Notes under the pieces: model-generated
What the model was told of the DNA's origin: nothing
Seen by the model: only the letters and a program-made list of their open reading frames with translations
Databases searched by the model: none
Translations under genes and position numbers: made by a program
Source: Eledone cirrhosa
Taxonomy: Eukaryota
Length of the DNA: 64,000 nucleotides
Reading direction: 5' to 3'
Assembly (NCBI GenBank): GCA_964016885.1
Contig: OZ024743.1
Location: 108,004,001-108,068,000, forward strand
In this document: positions 1 to 13,673 of the stretch, one piece after another
Layout of the letters: each line of letters begins with the position of its first letter
Numbering within the stretch: position 1 is the stretch's first letter

Positions 1-446
1 ATGTTTTACTTTTGTGAATATATATCGTTAAAGAAGCAATATTTCTCTAGCTTCAGTACTCGTTTTCGTTGCGTATTTTGTTATATATATTGTTTCATTT
101 GAAATTGTTAAGTAATCTCACCTGACTTATACTCTTTTTATCTATAAGAAGACTGACGCCATTTTAAATTATCTTCTTTTTGTATGCTTCAAAAACAAGT
201 AAGCAAACAGTATTAATGCTTAGATTTATTGTTATACTAAATATTGATTTTATTATTATTTTTCTTTTCTGTGTTCAACCGACTACGCTTTAGCATAGTT
301 TAATCGTTTTAAAATATGTTTAGGAAGTTTCAACTGGTCAATATTCTCGCAAACAATATTATCTTACCCTCTCTCACTATCTCTCACCTTGTCACTCTTA
401 TACTATCGTTGTTTCGTCCTCCCTTACCTATCGGTCTTCCTCTCTT

Positions 447-500
<54 letters not shown>

Positions 501-504
<4 letters not shown>

Positions 505-883
505 TAATGGTAGCTGAGATTCGTCCATAGGCGGTATGCCGATTTGCACTCTATGTTCCTACGGAGCAGAGTATGATAGAATGGAAAACGAAAAATCAGT
601 GATGCATTGGAAGTCAATTTATTACGTATTACAATTGTTTTCCCGGCTCACAGCCCGAGGAGCGATGTGTGCGTGGATCGACCTGTCTTTGGATTCGCGC
701 TTTCCTCATACTCAACTATTGTATGTATATATTTTATATATATATATATATTATATGCATATGTATATATATATATATAATATATATATATATACATATG
801 CATATAATATATATATATATATAAAATATATACATACAATAGTCGAGTATGAGGAAAGCGCGAATCCAGAGACATGTCGATCC

Positions 884-884
<1 letters not shown>
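501..884 (-). mobile_element. Asymmetric fold-back insert in (TA)n, PLE pseudo-LTR-like (family P1)
   Basis: Palindrome 674-884 centred at 779 with about 3 mismatches between arms. Unpaired tail 501-673. (TA)n on both sides (449-500, 885-952). Confidence 0.6.
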
Positions 885-952
<68 letters not shown>

Positions 953-956
<4 letters not shown>

Positions 957-1090
957 AACAAGTAAGTCCCCGACGGCTGAGCTCAAGCGGTTTCGACGGC
1001 TAATTCTGGAATTAGCCGTCGAAACGGCTTGAGTTCAGCCGTCGGGGTCTTACTTGTTCCTATTACCCACTCTACTACCCTAAGTATTGA
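953..1090 (+). mobile_element. Family A PLE-like hairpin, copy 1 (tail truncated)
   Basis: Palindrome 953-1062 with 2-nt loop at 1007-1008. Contains HHR 3' half GAAACGGC..GCCGTC GGGG. Tail TTACCCACTCTACTACCCTAAGTATTGA is shared with copies at 16771, 17928, 62944 and 63791. Confidence 0.8.
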
Positions 1091-1104
1091 TATATTTGTC
1101 AACG

Positions 1105-1166
<62 letters not shown>

Positions 1167-1186
1167 CGTTGACAAATATATCAATA
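1085..1186. repeat. 25-bp inverted repeat bracketing a (TA)n tract
   Basis: TATTGATATATTTGTCAACGAATTA (1085-1109), then (TA)n, then TAATTCGTTGACAAATATATCAATA (1162-1186). Confidence 0.85.
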
Positions 1187-2907
1187 TGCCTTTACATGTA
1201 GATATATTGCCCTTGGTATGACAGTGTGGTTTTAGATCAATGTAGGATAACTAGTATACTACAGAGCCGTTATAGTTATACGAATAACCAAAGTGTACTT
1301 AGAAATACATAGTTTTATTAGCTAACAGTGTTTCATCCATACACCATGGCAGGAATCTTCAGAGCTTATAAACATGAGTATATCAGTAGTTGCATGCTCC
1401 ATCGAGCTGCGTCACCAGAAGAAGGTTAAATGACCAGCAGAGGGGTCCCGAGGCTAGTGCTATATGGAAAAAGTCATAATACATGATGCACATAATGTCA
1501 TAACATTTCTTAAAAATTTAAAAATAAAAAATAAAAAATTAAAAGTTACACCAAAAATGTATCACTTATATGGTGCAATAGATGATGAAGAGGCTGGGAA
1601 AGGGTAGCAAGGGATGAGTTATGGTATTACTCAGCATGATCAGAAACAATCAGAAAATACAAGAAAATAACCAAAAAATAATAATAAAAAAGTACAAAAA
1701 TACAGGGATAAGAAAAGAGATAAATACAAAAATACAAAACAATTAATGAACAAAAAGCCAGGAAACCCACCAAAAAATATAAGGCAAAGCAAAGCGTGGA
1801 TGCATCTAAGCACAAGCATTTCAAAAGCGTGTACAGGCAGATCAAGAGAGTTTGCAAGCATGAGTCTGTGAAAAGAATTGTTGGTTAGCCGTAATGCAGC
1901 CTTACATGTATGATAGTCCATATGAGTGATGGTGTACTCCAAGTATATCGCCCTGTAATAGGTCGATTCTCCTTATCATATCCGCACCCCACGAACCACA
2001 TCGATATGTTCCAGTTCTAAACTCCAAGTGATATAACACTATTTTTCCAAAACCTATAACCAGGGGATTTATCCCCATATGCGGTCTGAGATATACACAT
2101 AAAATGTACAACAAAAAATAAAATAAGAGAAAGAAGGTACGACAAGTTAAAGAAATGTATGGCACATATACAGCCGGCACAGATGTGAGGAAATGGAAAA
2201 CATTCGGTCACATAATCCAACGTGCCAGGTGAAATTCACTGTATGTCCAAGTTGGCGCTCAGCCGATGTATCGCACCGCATAGAACTGTTCCACAGCAAA
2301 TACAAATCGTGATGGCAATCCACTCACACACAGATAAAAAGTGCGCACAGGAAACTCAGCTTCCAGAATCACATATGGCAGAATGAGCATATAATGTTAT
2401 AATAAAATTGCGGGTTTATTTTAGTGAGTGCAATTTTCTGTAGGATATATAGATATATATAAAAGGGACAACTCACAACCAAATCCATTTATGATAGCCA
2501 AGTTATTTATATTTCCGCCACGTGGTTTTCATTTAGATTATTAATCCCGAAGTGTGCAATCCATTCACAGTCGGGTGTGACTCCTCCTGGGTCGGCTGGA
2601 GTTCAATATCCAGTGCTGCACGTTGCCTTGAGTGTGGTTCTATAATTCATCAAAGCTGGAACAGAATTCTCCAACTAACTCCAAGTTTCAAAGATTCGAC
2701 TCTCGCGATTGACACACAGCATGATGTGCATCATGTATTATGTTTTTTTCCATATAGCGCTAGCCTCGAGACCCCCTGATGGTCATTTAACCTTGTTCTG
2801 GTGACGCAGCTCGATGGAGCATGCCAGTACTGATATACTCATGTTTATAAGCTCTGAAGATTCCTGCCATGGTTTATTGATGAAACACTGTTAGCTAATA
2901 AAACTAT
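1162..2907 (-). mobile_element. Family B PLE-like element with inverted ~163-bp pseudo-LTRs
   Basis: Arms 1309-1472 and 2745-2907 are reverse complements. The left arm extends by a tail to the (TA)n at about 1162. Each arm has an HHR motif followed by AATAAA. The 1.27-kb interior has no recognisable ORF. Confidence 0.75.
2850..2896 (+). ncRNA. Minimal type I hammerhead motif (mirror copy 1320-1366, minus strand)
   Basis: AGCT-CTGAAGA-TTCC..(G/T)GAT-GAAAC-ACT-GTT-AGCT. Helix I is AGCT/AGCT, helix II is partly decayed, triplet GUU. Confidence 0.6.
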
Positions 2908-2909
2908 AT

Positions 2910-3545
2910 ATTGCTGATGACATACTTATGGTGACAAAAACAGTGAAGGAGACAGAGGATTTGATGCATGAGGTGGAGACTGTGTCAATAAGTGTGGGGC
3001 TGAGAATGAATGAGTTTAACACGTAATATCTGGTAGAGAATATTAAGAAGGCAGAAAAGATTACTAATGTAGGCGGGAACCCGCTGGAATTGGTTGAGGG
3101 CTTCCTGTATATGGGAGTAAAAATTGGAAATACGGAAGATGATGTGGTCGAGAAGAAGGGCAAAGCCTGGGCGGCGCGCCACAGCTTGAAATCGGTGTAG
3201 AAGTCGGTCCTTCGTGAATGCATGAAGATCTGCCTCTTCGTTGCTGTAGTGGAATATGTGCTGCCGTACGGGTATGAGACTTGGACACTGACCAAGAAAC
3301 TCACTCAGATGGTGAATGGGTGACACACGAGAATGCTAAGGATGGCTCTGAACATTAATCACTATACACTGAGGATGAAGAACTCAGAGCTGTACGGGAG
3401 CCTCCCAAAAGTCAGCACAAAAGTGACACAGAGAAGACTGAGGTTTGCTGGAAATGCTCAACGATATCCAGAGTTGACACTGCACTCAGTGCTCCCGAAG
3501 AGGAAGACCGAGGTTAACATATGTTGATGCCCTAACGACAGACAT
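2910..3545 (+). pseudogene. RTE-clade LINE reverse transcriptase fragment
   Basis: Frame from 2910 reads IADDILMV..GLRMN..FLYMG..KAWAA..YGYETWTLTK..TRMLRMALNI..RRLRFAG with 3 in-frame stops and a 3' deletion/frameshift before RGRPRLTYVDAL. Confidence 0.9.
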
Positions 3546-4224
3546 ATATATTTACTAAAAGATGGCACGAATAAAAACAGAGTGTTTTTGACATTTATCC
3601 CATATATATGTGTGTGTGTGTGTGTGCATGAAAATATGGTTACCACATTGCCGATAACTATACAAAATACTTTAGCAAGGCGAGTTAAGTAACGCTGGCG
3701 ACGGGAAAATTGTGGGCATGGACGCCTGGCAGACTTATATACATATATCTACACGATCACATATGTGAATACTTGTGAGTGTGTGGGCGTGAGTACATCT
3801 GTCTCTTAGTTGTGCGTGTTTATATGCGTGGAAATGTAAATTGCGCGTTTGTCTTCTGTAGTTTAGTCAATTATTATGCTCATTTAACATACAAATACAT
3901 GGCATGGCAAGCAAGTGCTTCTACGTAAACGTAAACTCACACACACTCGCATACACACACGCGCACACATACAAATACGCGCGCGCGCGCACACACGTAC
4001 ATTAACATGCTCACACACATCCATATGGCACGTTTACTTTTGTATGATGGCGCTGAAAAAACATATGTGTATGTGTTGGTTTATAAGTCTGTTAATTTAT
4101 ATACGAGTAAGGTAGAGAGTGGGGGAATAGAGGAATAGAAGAGAAAAGTGGTGAAGTGAGAGATAGGCAGAGATAAGAGCGCAAACGCCTGGGTGCTACT
4201 AATTAAGTATCTCAACATTGAAAG

Positions 4225-4550
4225 TCCATGGCCTAGTGGTGATAGTGTTCGGCTTACGCTCGTAAAGCCACGAAATCAATTGTCGAATCCAATTGTCCGT
4301 GGTCTATTTTATCCTTAAGAAAGACAAATTAATTTTTGTTGATCTAGTTCACCCAACTAGGAAAATTTACAGTTATAAATATAAATCAAAAGGTCAATTT
4401 GTTCACACTTTGAGCCTACTCTCTATACCATGGGATCCACATTATGTGTCGACGGGTTTGTGAAATACTCAGTCACATGTAGGTTCATATTAAAGGACTG
4501 TATGTTCTGTTATCTGAACGATGGCATACAAGTCGTCAGTAATGACGGAT
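4225..4550 (+). mobile_element. Degraded CORE-type tRNA-derived SINE
   Basis: tRNA-like head TGGCCTAGTGG followed by TCCTTAAGAAAGACA. Body is similar to the copy at 33478. Confidence 0.5.
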
Positions 4551-5278
4551 ATTCAAAATCCTATCCTAAGTATGAATATAAAATATAAAAATCATAGACA
4601 TTTATATTCAGTATATTCAACATTAAAATATAAATTCGTTTAGCTGAAAGCCAATACCGTCTGTCTATATTCAATTTCTTTCTGAAACAGCTAAGCATTT
4701 TTCGGATGATCATAAACTATTCCCTTTTATCATTAATTAATTTATTTAGATATAAATAATAGACTCAATTACTATATTACATAAAACTCGGGTAACACTG
4801 AACGTAACCTGATATAATCTTAACAGATTTTCACGTTATCTAGACTTACTAAAAAATCTTACGTTTCGTCTAACTAATTATTTTGCCTGGAAAGCCGACT
4901 CTGGTGTTTGATAAATCTAATACGTTGTGAATCAAGGAATGGTTCTTCATCTGTTTTGAAGTTGAGTGTTCCAGTTGTTTGATCAACGAAACTACCTGTT
5001 CGTGAAATTAACGTGAACCATTACAGAAATTCTCAGGGAGATTCATCATATCATGTTGTAAAACGGCTGCTCATTTGAATTACAAGTACAACTCATTACA
5101 TCCAACGGGCTTAAAATGTCTATCTACTCAGAAATCATGAGTCATTCCAAGGCTATGACGAATAAAACTATTGAACATGCCTCACATTGATATCGAACCC
5201 ACGATATAATGATTGCAAAGTGAACTTAAACATTTGGCCATGCTGAGTCTAACTTAATTGCATGTATGATATAGATAC

Positions 5279-5330
<52 letters not shown>

Positions 5331-5695
5331 CTGCTGTACTTAAGTGTGTATAAATATATGATAGGAAACTAAATACTAATGGATTAATTGCTTAAAATTT
5401 AATTTTTAATCGAGGAGTTGTATCATTCACCAAATTATGTTTAGATTACAGGTATAACTTCAATTGTAGACTATTGTTTGTGATATTAGTTCGAAATGTG
5501 AAGCTGGTTTAAAATGGTCGACATAAATTCATTAACTGTGTTTTTCGGCAAAACAATGATGTGAGGTTCGCATGCCGCAAAGGATTCCGTCCCCTTCTTT
5601 TCGCCGCAAAGTATTATGCCCTTGATATACTTTAAGCTGCAGCAAATATTGTGTCATAGTAACTAAGTATAAGAGCAAAATATTATATGTATAAG

Positions 5696-5699
<4 letters not shown>

Positions 5700-5765
<66 letters not shown>
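5700..5765. repeat. (GA)n microsatellite
   Basis: Pure GA dinucleotide run, one of many in the window. Confidence 0.97.
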
Positions 5766-5770
<5 letters not shown>

Positions 5771-5846
5771 AGAGAGTGTGGGAGTGGAACTAGGTTAAAG
5801 TAATATTGCAAGTAAATGCCACTTACTGATATAAAAGAAAGTATAT

Positions 5847-5911
<65 letters not shown>

Positions 5912-6066
5912 TATATTTATATATATGAATAAATATGTATATCATTTTTATGCTATAAAAATCTTTACGCCACACTCACACACCACACACATATATATAT
6001 ATATATGTATGTATATATACACATATATATACACACACGCACATACACATATATATATATATATAC

Positions 6067-6108
<42 letters not shown>

Positions 6109-6842
6109 TTCTCTCTCTCTCCCTCCCTCTACGATTGTTTATGTTTCCAGTTCTGTTCAGTAGCAACACATTGCTGTATTATTTACTTTATCCATCTTCT
6201 CGCGTCTCCACTTCACAACCCACATTCCCACTCTTTCTCCTGCCCCACTCCCAAATCCCTTTATCTAAAATGTTTGACGTCATAATTACTAGTGTCTTCG
6301 AAGGCATAGTAGAAATTAACCAATTGTAAACAGCTGCCTTATGACACGGGCATTATCAACCGGAAGTAAGTACTCTGAACAAATGACATCACCCCAACCC
6401 TGCTATGACCCGGACTTCGATGACACTGAACCAATAAATAAATAAATAAATAAATATATGATAGTCCAAGAATGAAATACGACACTAAATGAGAGATTGC
6501 ATCGTCAATTGGAAGCAGTGGAATGGCGAAAACTATTGTATTTTTATTATATTTCATTTTCTTTACCTCAATAATTTTCCTCTCACTGACTAAACGTTAC
6601 ATTATTAGTGATTATAATTCTTTCAAACTTTGACACAAGGCCAGCAATTTAGTAGAATGGGAAACTCGATTATATCAACCATGTAGTACTATATTTTATC
6701 GACCGCGAAAGTTTCAAATCTCACTTAGGTCAACTTTCCCTTTCAAGATTTCTGGGTCGATAAAATAAAGTACCGAAAAAAGACTGGAATCAGTATAATA
6801 GATTTACTAATTTCCCTAAAATGTGTGGTATTCTGTCTAACT

Positions 6843-7038
6843 TGGATTGGCAGTATCGGTAGAGGGTCGGACGCCATGATCTGTAGCATCGAGTTACGTC
6901 CCTTTACGATATGAGTTCAAATCCCGCCGAGGTTAACTTTGCCTTCCGTCCTTACGGGATCGATAAAATAAAGTACCAGTGATACACTGGGTATTTGCTG
7001 GGATTGTGTCAGACGTAGAAACAATTATTATCATTATT
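6843..7038 (+). mobile_element. tRNA-derived SINE, family S1
   Basis: TGGATTGGCAGTATCGGTAGAG head, B-box-like GAGTTCAAATCCC, central GCCTT..TCCTTACGGG.TCGATAAAATAAAGTACCAG, (ATT)n tail. Older copies flank it at about 6610-6840 and 7040-7240. Confidence 0.9.
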
Positions 7039-8081
7039 CGTTGGACTGGCTGTATCACTAGCGTGTCCAAGTCTCACACGACGTCCTGATTTCATATACC
7101 ACCGAGGTCATCTTCGACTTTCCTCTTTCCGCTCTATATGAAATAAACTACCAAGTATGCACTGTGATGGATTTAATCAGATTTCAATTCCTTTCAAATA
7201 AGTGACCTTCTATCAAAGGTAGAAACAATGAATATTATTTTGACTATTAAGTGTTTACTGTTTAATCAGGAAGAGAAAGTCAATGTCCATGATAATGTTC
7301 CGGCCTTCTGAAACTAGGGAAGGAGGAAAAAAAGAATGTTCACATTCCATTACATTGTCGGATAGTATGCTTGTGGTATTCGTTCTGGCACTCTGCTCTT
7401 TCTAAGTAACTGGTGTTACCTTTGTGTTTCATTCTTTCGAAGTCGATAAGCTGGATTATAGCCTCTCTCTCTCTCTCTGCGGAACAAATCAGCTGTATTC
7501 ACACCTGAAGAGGGCCCATATATATGAGAGTGCATACCGACGCTAATGTCCACAAAACAGCATAAAAATAAAGATATACATCAATCGATGTAACGATGGA
7601 TTTTTTTATATGGGGCGGGAAACATTTGATTCGAAAATAGTTTGGTATTTCAAAGTTCAACTTTGTTTCACCTCTGTTGGCAATATGTCAAACGGGTTGG
7701 AATTTCAGTAAAACCAGACGACACCATTACACACACATTCTAAAATTTCAGAGAAACAAACAGATGACACGTATGTGACTTGCTAAACAGCAACAAAACA
7801 AAATGTAGTAATAATATATAACAAAATACCATGCAAGTAAATATAAAATAGACAGAGAAGGATGTTGTTGTTGTTGATAATAGTATCACCTTAGTTTGGT
7901 TTATATAATTACTATTATATTTTGTAATTTTATTTCAACTCTTTTTAGAATTTCAAAAACCTACTCACTTTTTATCTCCCTTTGTAACACCATATCTCTC
8001 TCTGTTTATACTTATTCCAAACCTCGTCTCCTCTTTATCCTTCCCTGTATATATATATGTGTGTGTGTGTGTGTCTATATA

Positions 8082-8138
<57 letters not shown>

Positions 8139-8371
8139 GAGAGGGTGTATGTTCCACAAAAAAAACATTCCGTTTCTTCCTCTGCTCACTGTACTCTATT
8201 TTTTCTTTTTCTTTTTCTTTATTTCTCATTTTATCTTAAGAAGTAACTGTTCCTAGTTTATCAAGCGGTAAACTAATATACAGTTTCATTGTAATGTATT
8301 GGTTTGTTATGTCGTTTTCTGTTTACTTTTCGCATACATACACGCACATATACATATATATATATATATAT

Positions 8372-9058
8372 AAACGGAAAAAATGAAACGACATTTCATT
8401 TCTCACTCTTAGTACGGCTGTTACTTAAATATAAGTATGTACACGTACATACATATATGTATACAGACGTACAGTAGTATGTATATATATATATATATAT
8501 ATACACATACACACATACATGCACACATATATACATGTACGTATGGATTCACCGAACATTTATTATAATGCTCGGTGTGTTTGTAAACAAACATCCCGAA
8601 TTAAGCCGTACAGTGTCTAGCAACCATCGTTGCTCATTTGTTCAACACTGACAAAGGACCGCTGTACTAGTTTCAAGCTTATTAGCTATCGTCAGCAACG
8701 TATACCTTCCTGCCAGATGGTTGAACATCTGAAAGTATATACTTTCCTTATGCATATTAACGGCTGTGCAACCTAATTTGCATATCGAGTGAGTTAATCG
8801 GCCGGGGTACCGAAAACGATAAACGGAAAAATTGAAACGAAATTTCATTTCTCACTCTTAGTACGACTGTTACTTAAATATAAGTAAGAGTACGTCTGTA
8901 TACATATATGTATGTACTATATACATATATGTATGTACGTGTACATACTTATATTTAAGTAACGGCCGTACGAATCGATACGTACATGTATATACGTGTG
9001 CATGCAAGTGCATACTACTGTACGTCTGTATACATATATGTATGTACGTGTACATACT

Positions 9059-9063
<5 letters not shown>
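8372..9063. mobile_element. Family C fold-back repeat cluster (third copy at 34877-34955)
   Basis: A 40-nt AAACGGAAAAA.TGAAACGA.ATTTCATTTCTCACTCTTA block plus GTACG.CTGTTACTTAAATATAAGTA occurs at 8372 and 8821. Inverted arms at 8947-8971 and 9011-9063. Abuts (TA)n. Confidence 0.65.
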
Positions 9064-9092
<29 letters not shown>

Positions 9093-9150
9093 TATACACA
9101 TATATATACATTTACATGTACATATATAAATATATAGAAGGAGTTACATT

Positions 9151-9203
<53 letters not shown>

Positions 9204-9242
9204 ATACATAAATATATAGAGGGAGTTACATGCATATATATT

Positions 9243-9665
<423 letters not shown>

Positions 9666-10125
9666 AACTTTCTTCTCCAAACGACATATGAACTATATGG
9701 ACTAAACAAAACAGTGCCGATGGTAAGATATGAACCACACACAGCCATCTGTATCTCATCACACCTATTCAGAAACTCTTTTCTGTCTTTCTCTCCCTCG
9801 CTCTCATTCTATATATCACAGAGAAATTGCTTGTATGGAAATACAACTGTTTCATTCGTTGGCATTCATTAGGACATTTCTGATGATTTTTTACAAAAGA
9901 AAAAGTTGTATTTCTGTAGAAATCATCTCTATATTTCATTCTCATAGTGACTCTCCTACTCAATTTTTTTTCTCTTATTTATCTTCTAATTATATTTCAC
10001 ATTTCCTATCTCTCTTCTGCCTTCACCTCACCCTATCTACATCCCACACGTAATTGCTATTTATTAAAGCTACCTCTGCCTTTATTTATACTTTTCGCTA
10101 TTTTTATTATTATTATTATTATTAT

Positions 10126-10200
<75 letters not shown>

Positions 10201-10217
10201 AAGTAGTAGTAGTAGTA
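10126..10217. repeat. (TAG)n microsatellite
   Basis: Trinucleotide run that produces the poly-Ser ORF. Confidence 0.97.
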
Positions 10218-12199
10218 TGTGTGTCATTATTAAGTCATTTCCAGCTGTGTTGCAATTAACGTGCTTGTTATATGATTATCAAAATACTATAATTTTGAAA
10301 TAGTTTCATTTGATGGGCTGACTTCGGTGGTAGTGGTGATGGATGTTGGGGGTGGGATGTTAGTAGTGTTGGTGGGGCTAGTCATTTTGTTGGCGGTAAC
10401 TGTGTGGTAATAATGGTGTTAGTAGTGACAGTGGTGTTTGGCATTTAATAGTGATGTGAGAAACGTTGGTGATGATGATGATGGTGCTGGTGTTTGTGAT
10501 GGAATTGTTTCTGCTTGTGTTGGGAGGGGGGGTATTCAGGTGTAGTATCCCTCGAAATACATTATCCAATGTATTATTTTTGTAAGATGGTGGCTTGAGA
10601 TTTTCAGAGGGGATTTTGGCTACTATTTTGCAACTTGGTAGTTCCTTAACAATTTGTGGTTTGTATGCTGTTGGTGATGATGGCATCCGAGGGTACAGGT
10701 GGATGATCTTGCTCTTGCTTACACCCTAGTTTGCACTAATCTAAAATATACATTGTCAAAAGCATTCCTGTCATGCTGGTGATGACGTTTTCTTATAACC
10801 ATGGGGCTTGAGGCGATAGTGCCATGGAACTAATTGTGTTCTTTTCCAGAATTTTAGAGAGATTTGGCTGCTTTCTCTAACAGGAAAACTGATCATGTAG
10901 AGGTTCCTCTTTGATTTGAGCTGGTGCAGTTAGTATTTCCCGAGTGCTGACTATTTGACTGCTATGTCTAGAAGGTCAGGTTACCACATATAGGCCCACT
11001 CTTTGATTTATGTTAGTAGTTGATGATTTCCGAACGCTGTAACAAAATTAGTGATCCATTGATAAAGTAGTCTTAAACACTTAAACCTGAAAACAGAAGA
11101 GGAGATGGTCACGGTTGAACCGTCTTTATAAACATAGCTTTGCATGATGATGGTTTACATAAGATCTAAGATAATAATATAAAACAAAAAATAACTTGAA
11201 AAACATACTTTGCCTCTGGTTTATGGTTTTATCATTGTTGTGTTAATCAAGGTGATCTTTAGTAATAGTATATAATAGTTTAGTGGGGGCGTATGCTTAG
11301 CGTATTTGTCTCAACCGAACGGTTGTTAGTTCGGATCCCGGTAACACTCTGTGATTTTGAGTAAGACTCTTTATTTCATGCTGATCTATTTCACTTATTT
11401 AGAAATATATCGTCACAATACTCATCGTCAGAATCGACGGTGGTCCAAAAAGATAATAGCTTATTTTATAGCTAAACGCATTAATCTAACTTAGAGACAC
11501 CCGTCAACAATACGTCAGTCGATCCTTTCATGTATAGTTTATTACTGTTACTTTATTGCTTAGTAATAGTGAGTTAATATCTGCTTGAAACGAACGTTAC
11601 AATTTAACTAGAAATACAGTAAATGTTTAAAAGCCTTATATATTTGCTGTCGGTTTTCAAGGTTCCATATAAATTATTTCTCAATGTCCGCAACAGGTTT
11701 GGAATGGGATGGGATGAACTTCCCATGGTGAGTGGTGCGTTTTCGATCAAGGGAAAACAGCTTACTGGTGAAAGGAACGAGCAAGTGTCTGAGTATTCCA
11801 CAGACACAATCAATCTTAAAGCAGTTCACAAAGAGATTAATGGCTACACATTGTATGACAAAACAACCTTTCAACGTTACGGAGTCGATAAAATAAAGTA
11901 CCAGTAATGAACTGTGTAGATTTAATTGGCTCCCAAAATTGTTGGCCTTGTGCCTAAATCAGAAACCATTATTACACCAGTGACATATGTAATATTAAAC
12001 ATTTTTTATTTAATTCTAAGTGTAGTTACTTAATGAATTTATTTAGAATTCTGAAGGTAAAATTTGTTTTTTCTCTGATTTTTATGTGCTTTGCACGAAT
12101 GTGGCCCCGAAAATATCACAAATCACTCGTTGTTTTCCTTGATCCACTACCCGAGCAATCCATAATATCCATTTCGTAGACTGGAATAATAATGATTTC

Positions 12200-12390
12200 T
12201 ACGAGGCCCCCAATATTAGGGGAGGGAAAAATCGATTTAGTCGACCCCAGTGAATCACTGGTGCTTCATTTATCGACCCCATAAGGATGAAAGGCAAAGA
12301 TAAACCCAGCGGGATTTGAACTCAGAACGCAAAGGGACGTAACTCTATGCTTCAAAGGATGTTGTCCGTCTGTCAATACAACACCCTAGA
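12200..12390 (-). mobile_element. Older S1-related SINE
   Basis: TTTATCGACCCCATAAGGATGAAAGGCAAAG..GGGATTTGAACTCAGAACG. Further old minus-strand copies at about 12890-13040 and 13070-13240. Confidence 0.75.
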
Positions 12391-13632
12391 CTGGAGTAAT
12401 AATAAACATGTATTATAATGATTTCAATTGGAAAAAGTGCACGTAAACGGCTTTAATTACGGTTATAGGGAAAGGATGTAAATAGTCAAGTAAAGAGACT
12501 GAAACGTATATTACTGGTATAATATCAAGAACCATGGGCATTCTAGAAATTCATTTTCGATGCATAAATCTCTATACAATTATTCAATTAGGATAAAACT
12601 TTCGATTATATCTCCAATGTTACTCCATAGTTGACGTTGTTTAAACTGCGACACTGAAACACAAATGACATGACAAACAAAATTATATTATTGATTCTTT
12701 ATCGTACATAGGAGAGAAGGGACAATGGTGACTCCGAAGGGATATTTAGTCAGAATTGGAGAAGCATTAGATAATACCGAAGACGTTTGATTATATGAAG
12801 TAAAAATATGGCGAATAAAAACGAACTATCGCCCAAACAAATGATCATCAATAATGGGACAGCCACTCAAGAATATTCAAGAAATAAATATAACGGTTAT
12901 TAATTTAGGCGCAAAGCCAACAATGTTGGGGGAACGGGAAATATTATTTTATCGACACATTTTTTTATGTAAAGTTGACCTCATTGAGATTTGAATTCAA
13001 ACAATGCATTTTGCCCGACACATTTCTCTTTCTACCAATCCAGAATGAAAAAAAGGTAGTTATACATTTCGCTCAAGGACACTTATTTGAATGGAAGGGG
13101 AAAGTCGATTAAATCGTCTCCAGTGCGTAAGGATGAATGGCATAGATAACCTCAGCGGGACTTGAACTCAGAGCGTAAACGGACGTAAATAAATGCTGCG
13201 AGGCGTGTTGTCCGACGCTCTAACAACTCTGCCAATACTCCGTTCTTCAGATAATGATAATGGTAATTCCTGCTTGCTTTCATATTATTTACACCTGATA
13301 CTTAATATAACACCACATAAATACGTAAAATAGAACTAATAGGAAATCATATTTCAGACAGGATAAACATGAAAGAGTGAGGCATATGAGGAAATGAATG
13401 TTGTGTTTGAGGGAGACTTCTTCCTATGAAGGATAATATAATTTTTGTTTTAAATGTAAATTTAATCATTCTTAAGTATTCAACTAAGGTTATAATCCTT
13501 AAACTCAATGCCCATGCATGCATACATTTACCCACATACAATGTATGAATACGCACTGAAACCATGTATCTCATGTGATCGACTAGTGACATGGGATTGT
13601 CTTGGTTTATTTTGTTTTTTCTCTCTTCGCCC

Positions 13633-13673
<41 letters not shown>

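Noticed and set aside
6334-6365. Possible exon ending GGAA|GTAAGT that would splice in frame to 27564, giving a vaguely small-GTPase-like peptide
   Set aside because: The acceptor lacks a pyrimidine tract, there is no P-loop upstream, and the similarity is too weak.
6843-6930. tRNA-like A/B boxes
   Set aside because: These are heads of a dispersed SINE with no complete cloverleaf.
7500-7630. CTGAAGA..GCCCATATA / TATATGGGGC..GAAAC as a hammerhead with long helix II
   Set aside because: No convincing helix I or III and no cleavage triplet.
11623-11907. ORF with MVSGAFSIKGK resembling the Tc1 MVWG.FS motif
   Set aside because: Only a single short motif, and the 3' end runs into a SINE. Possibly a fossil but not supportable.
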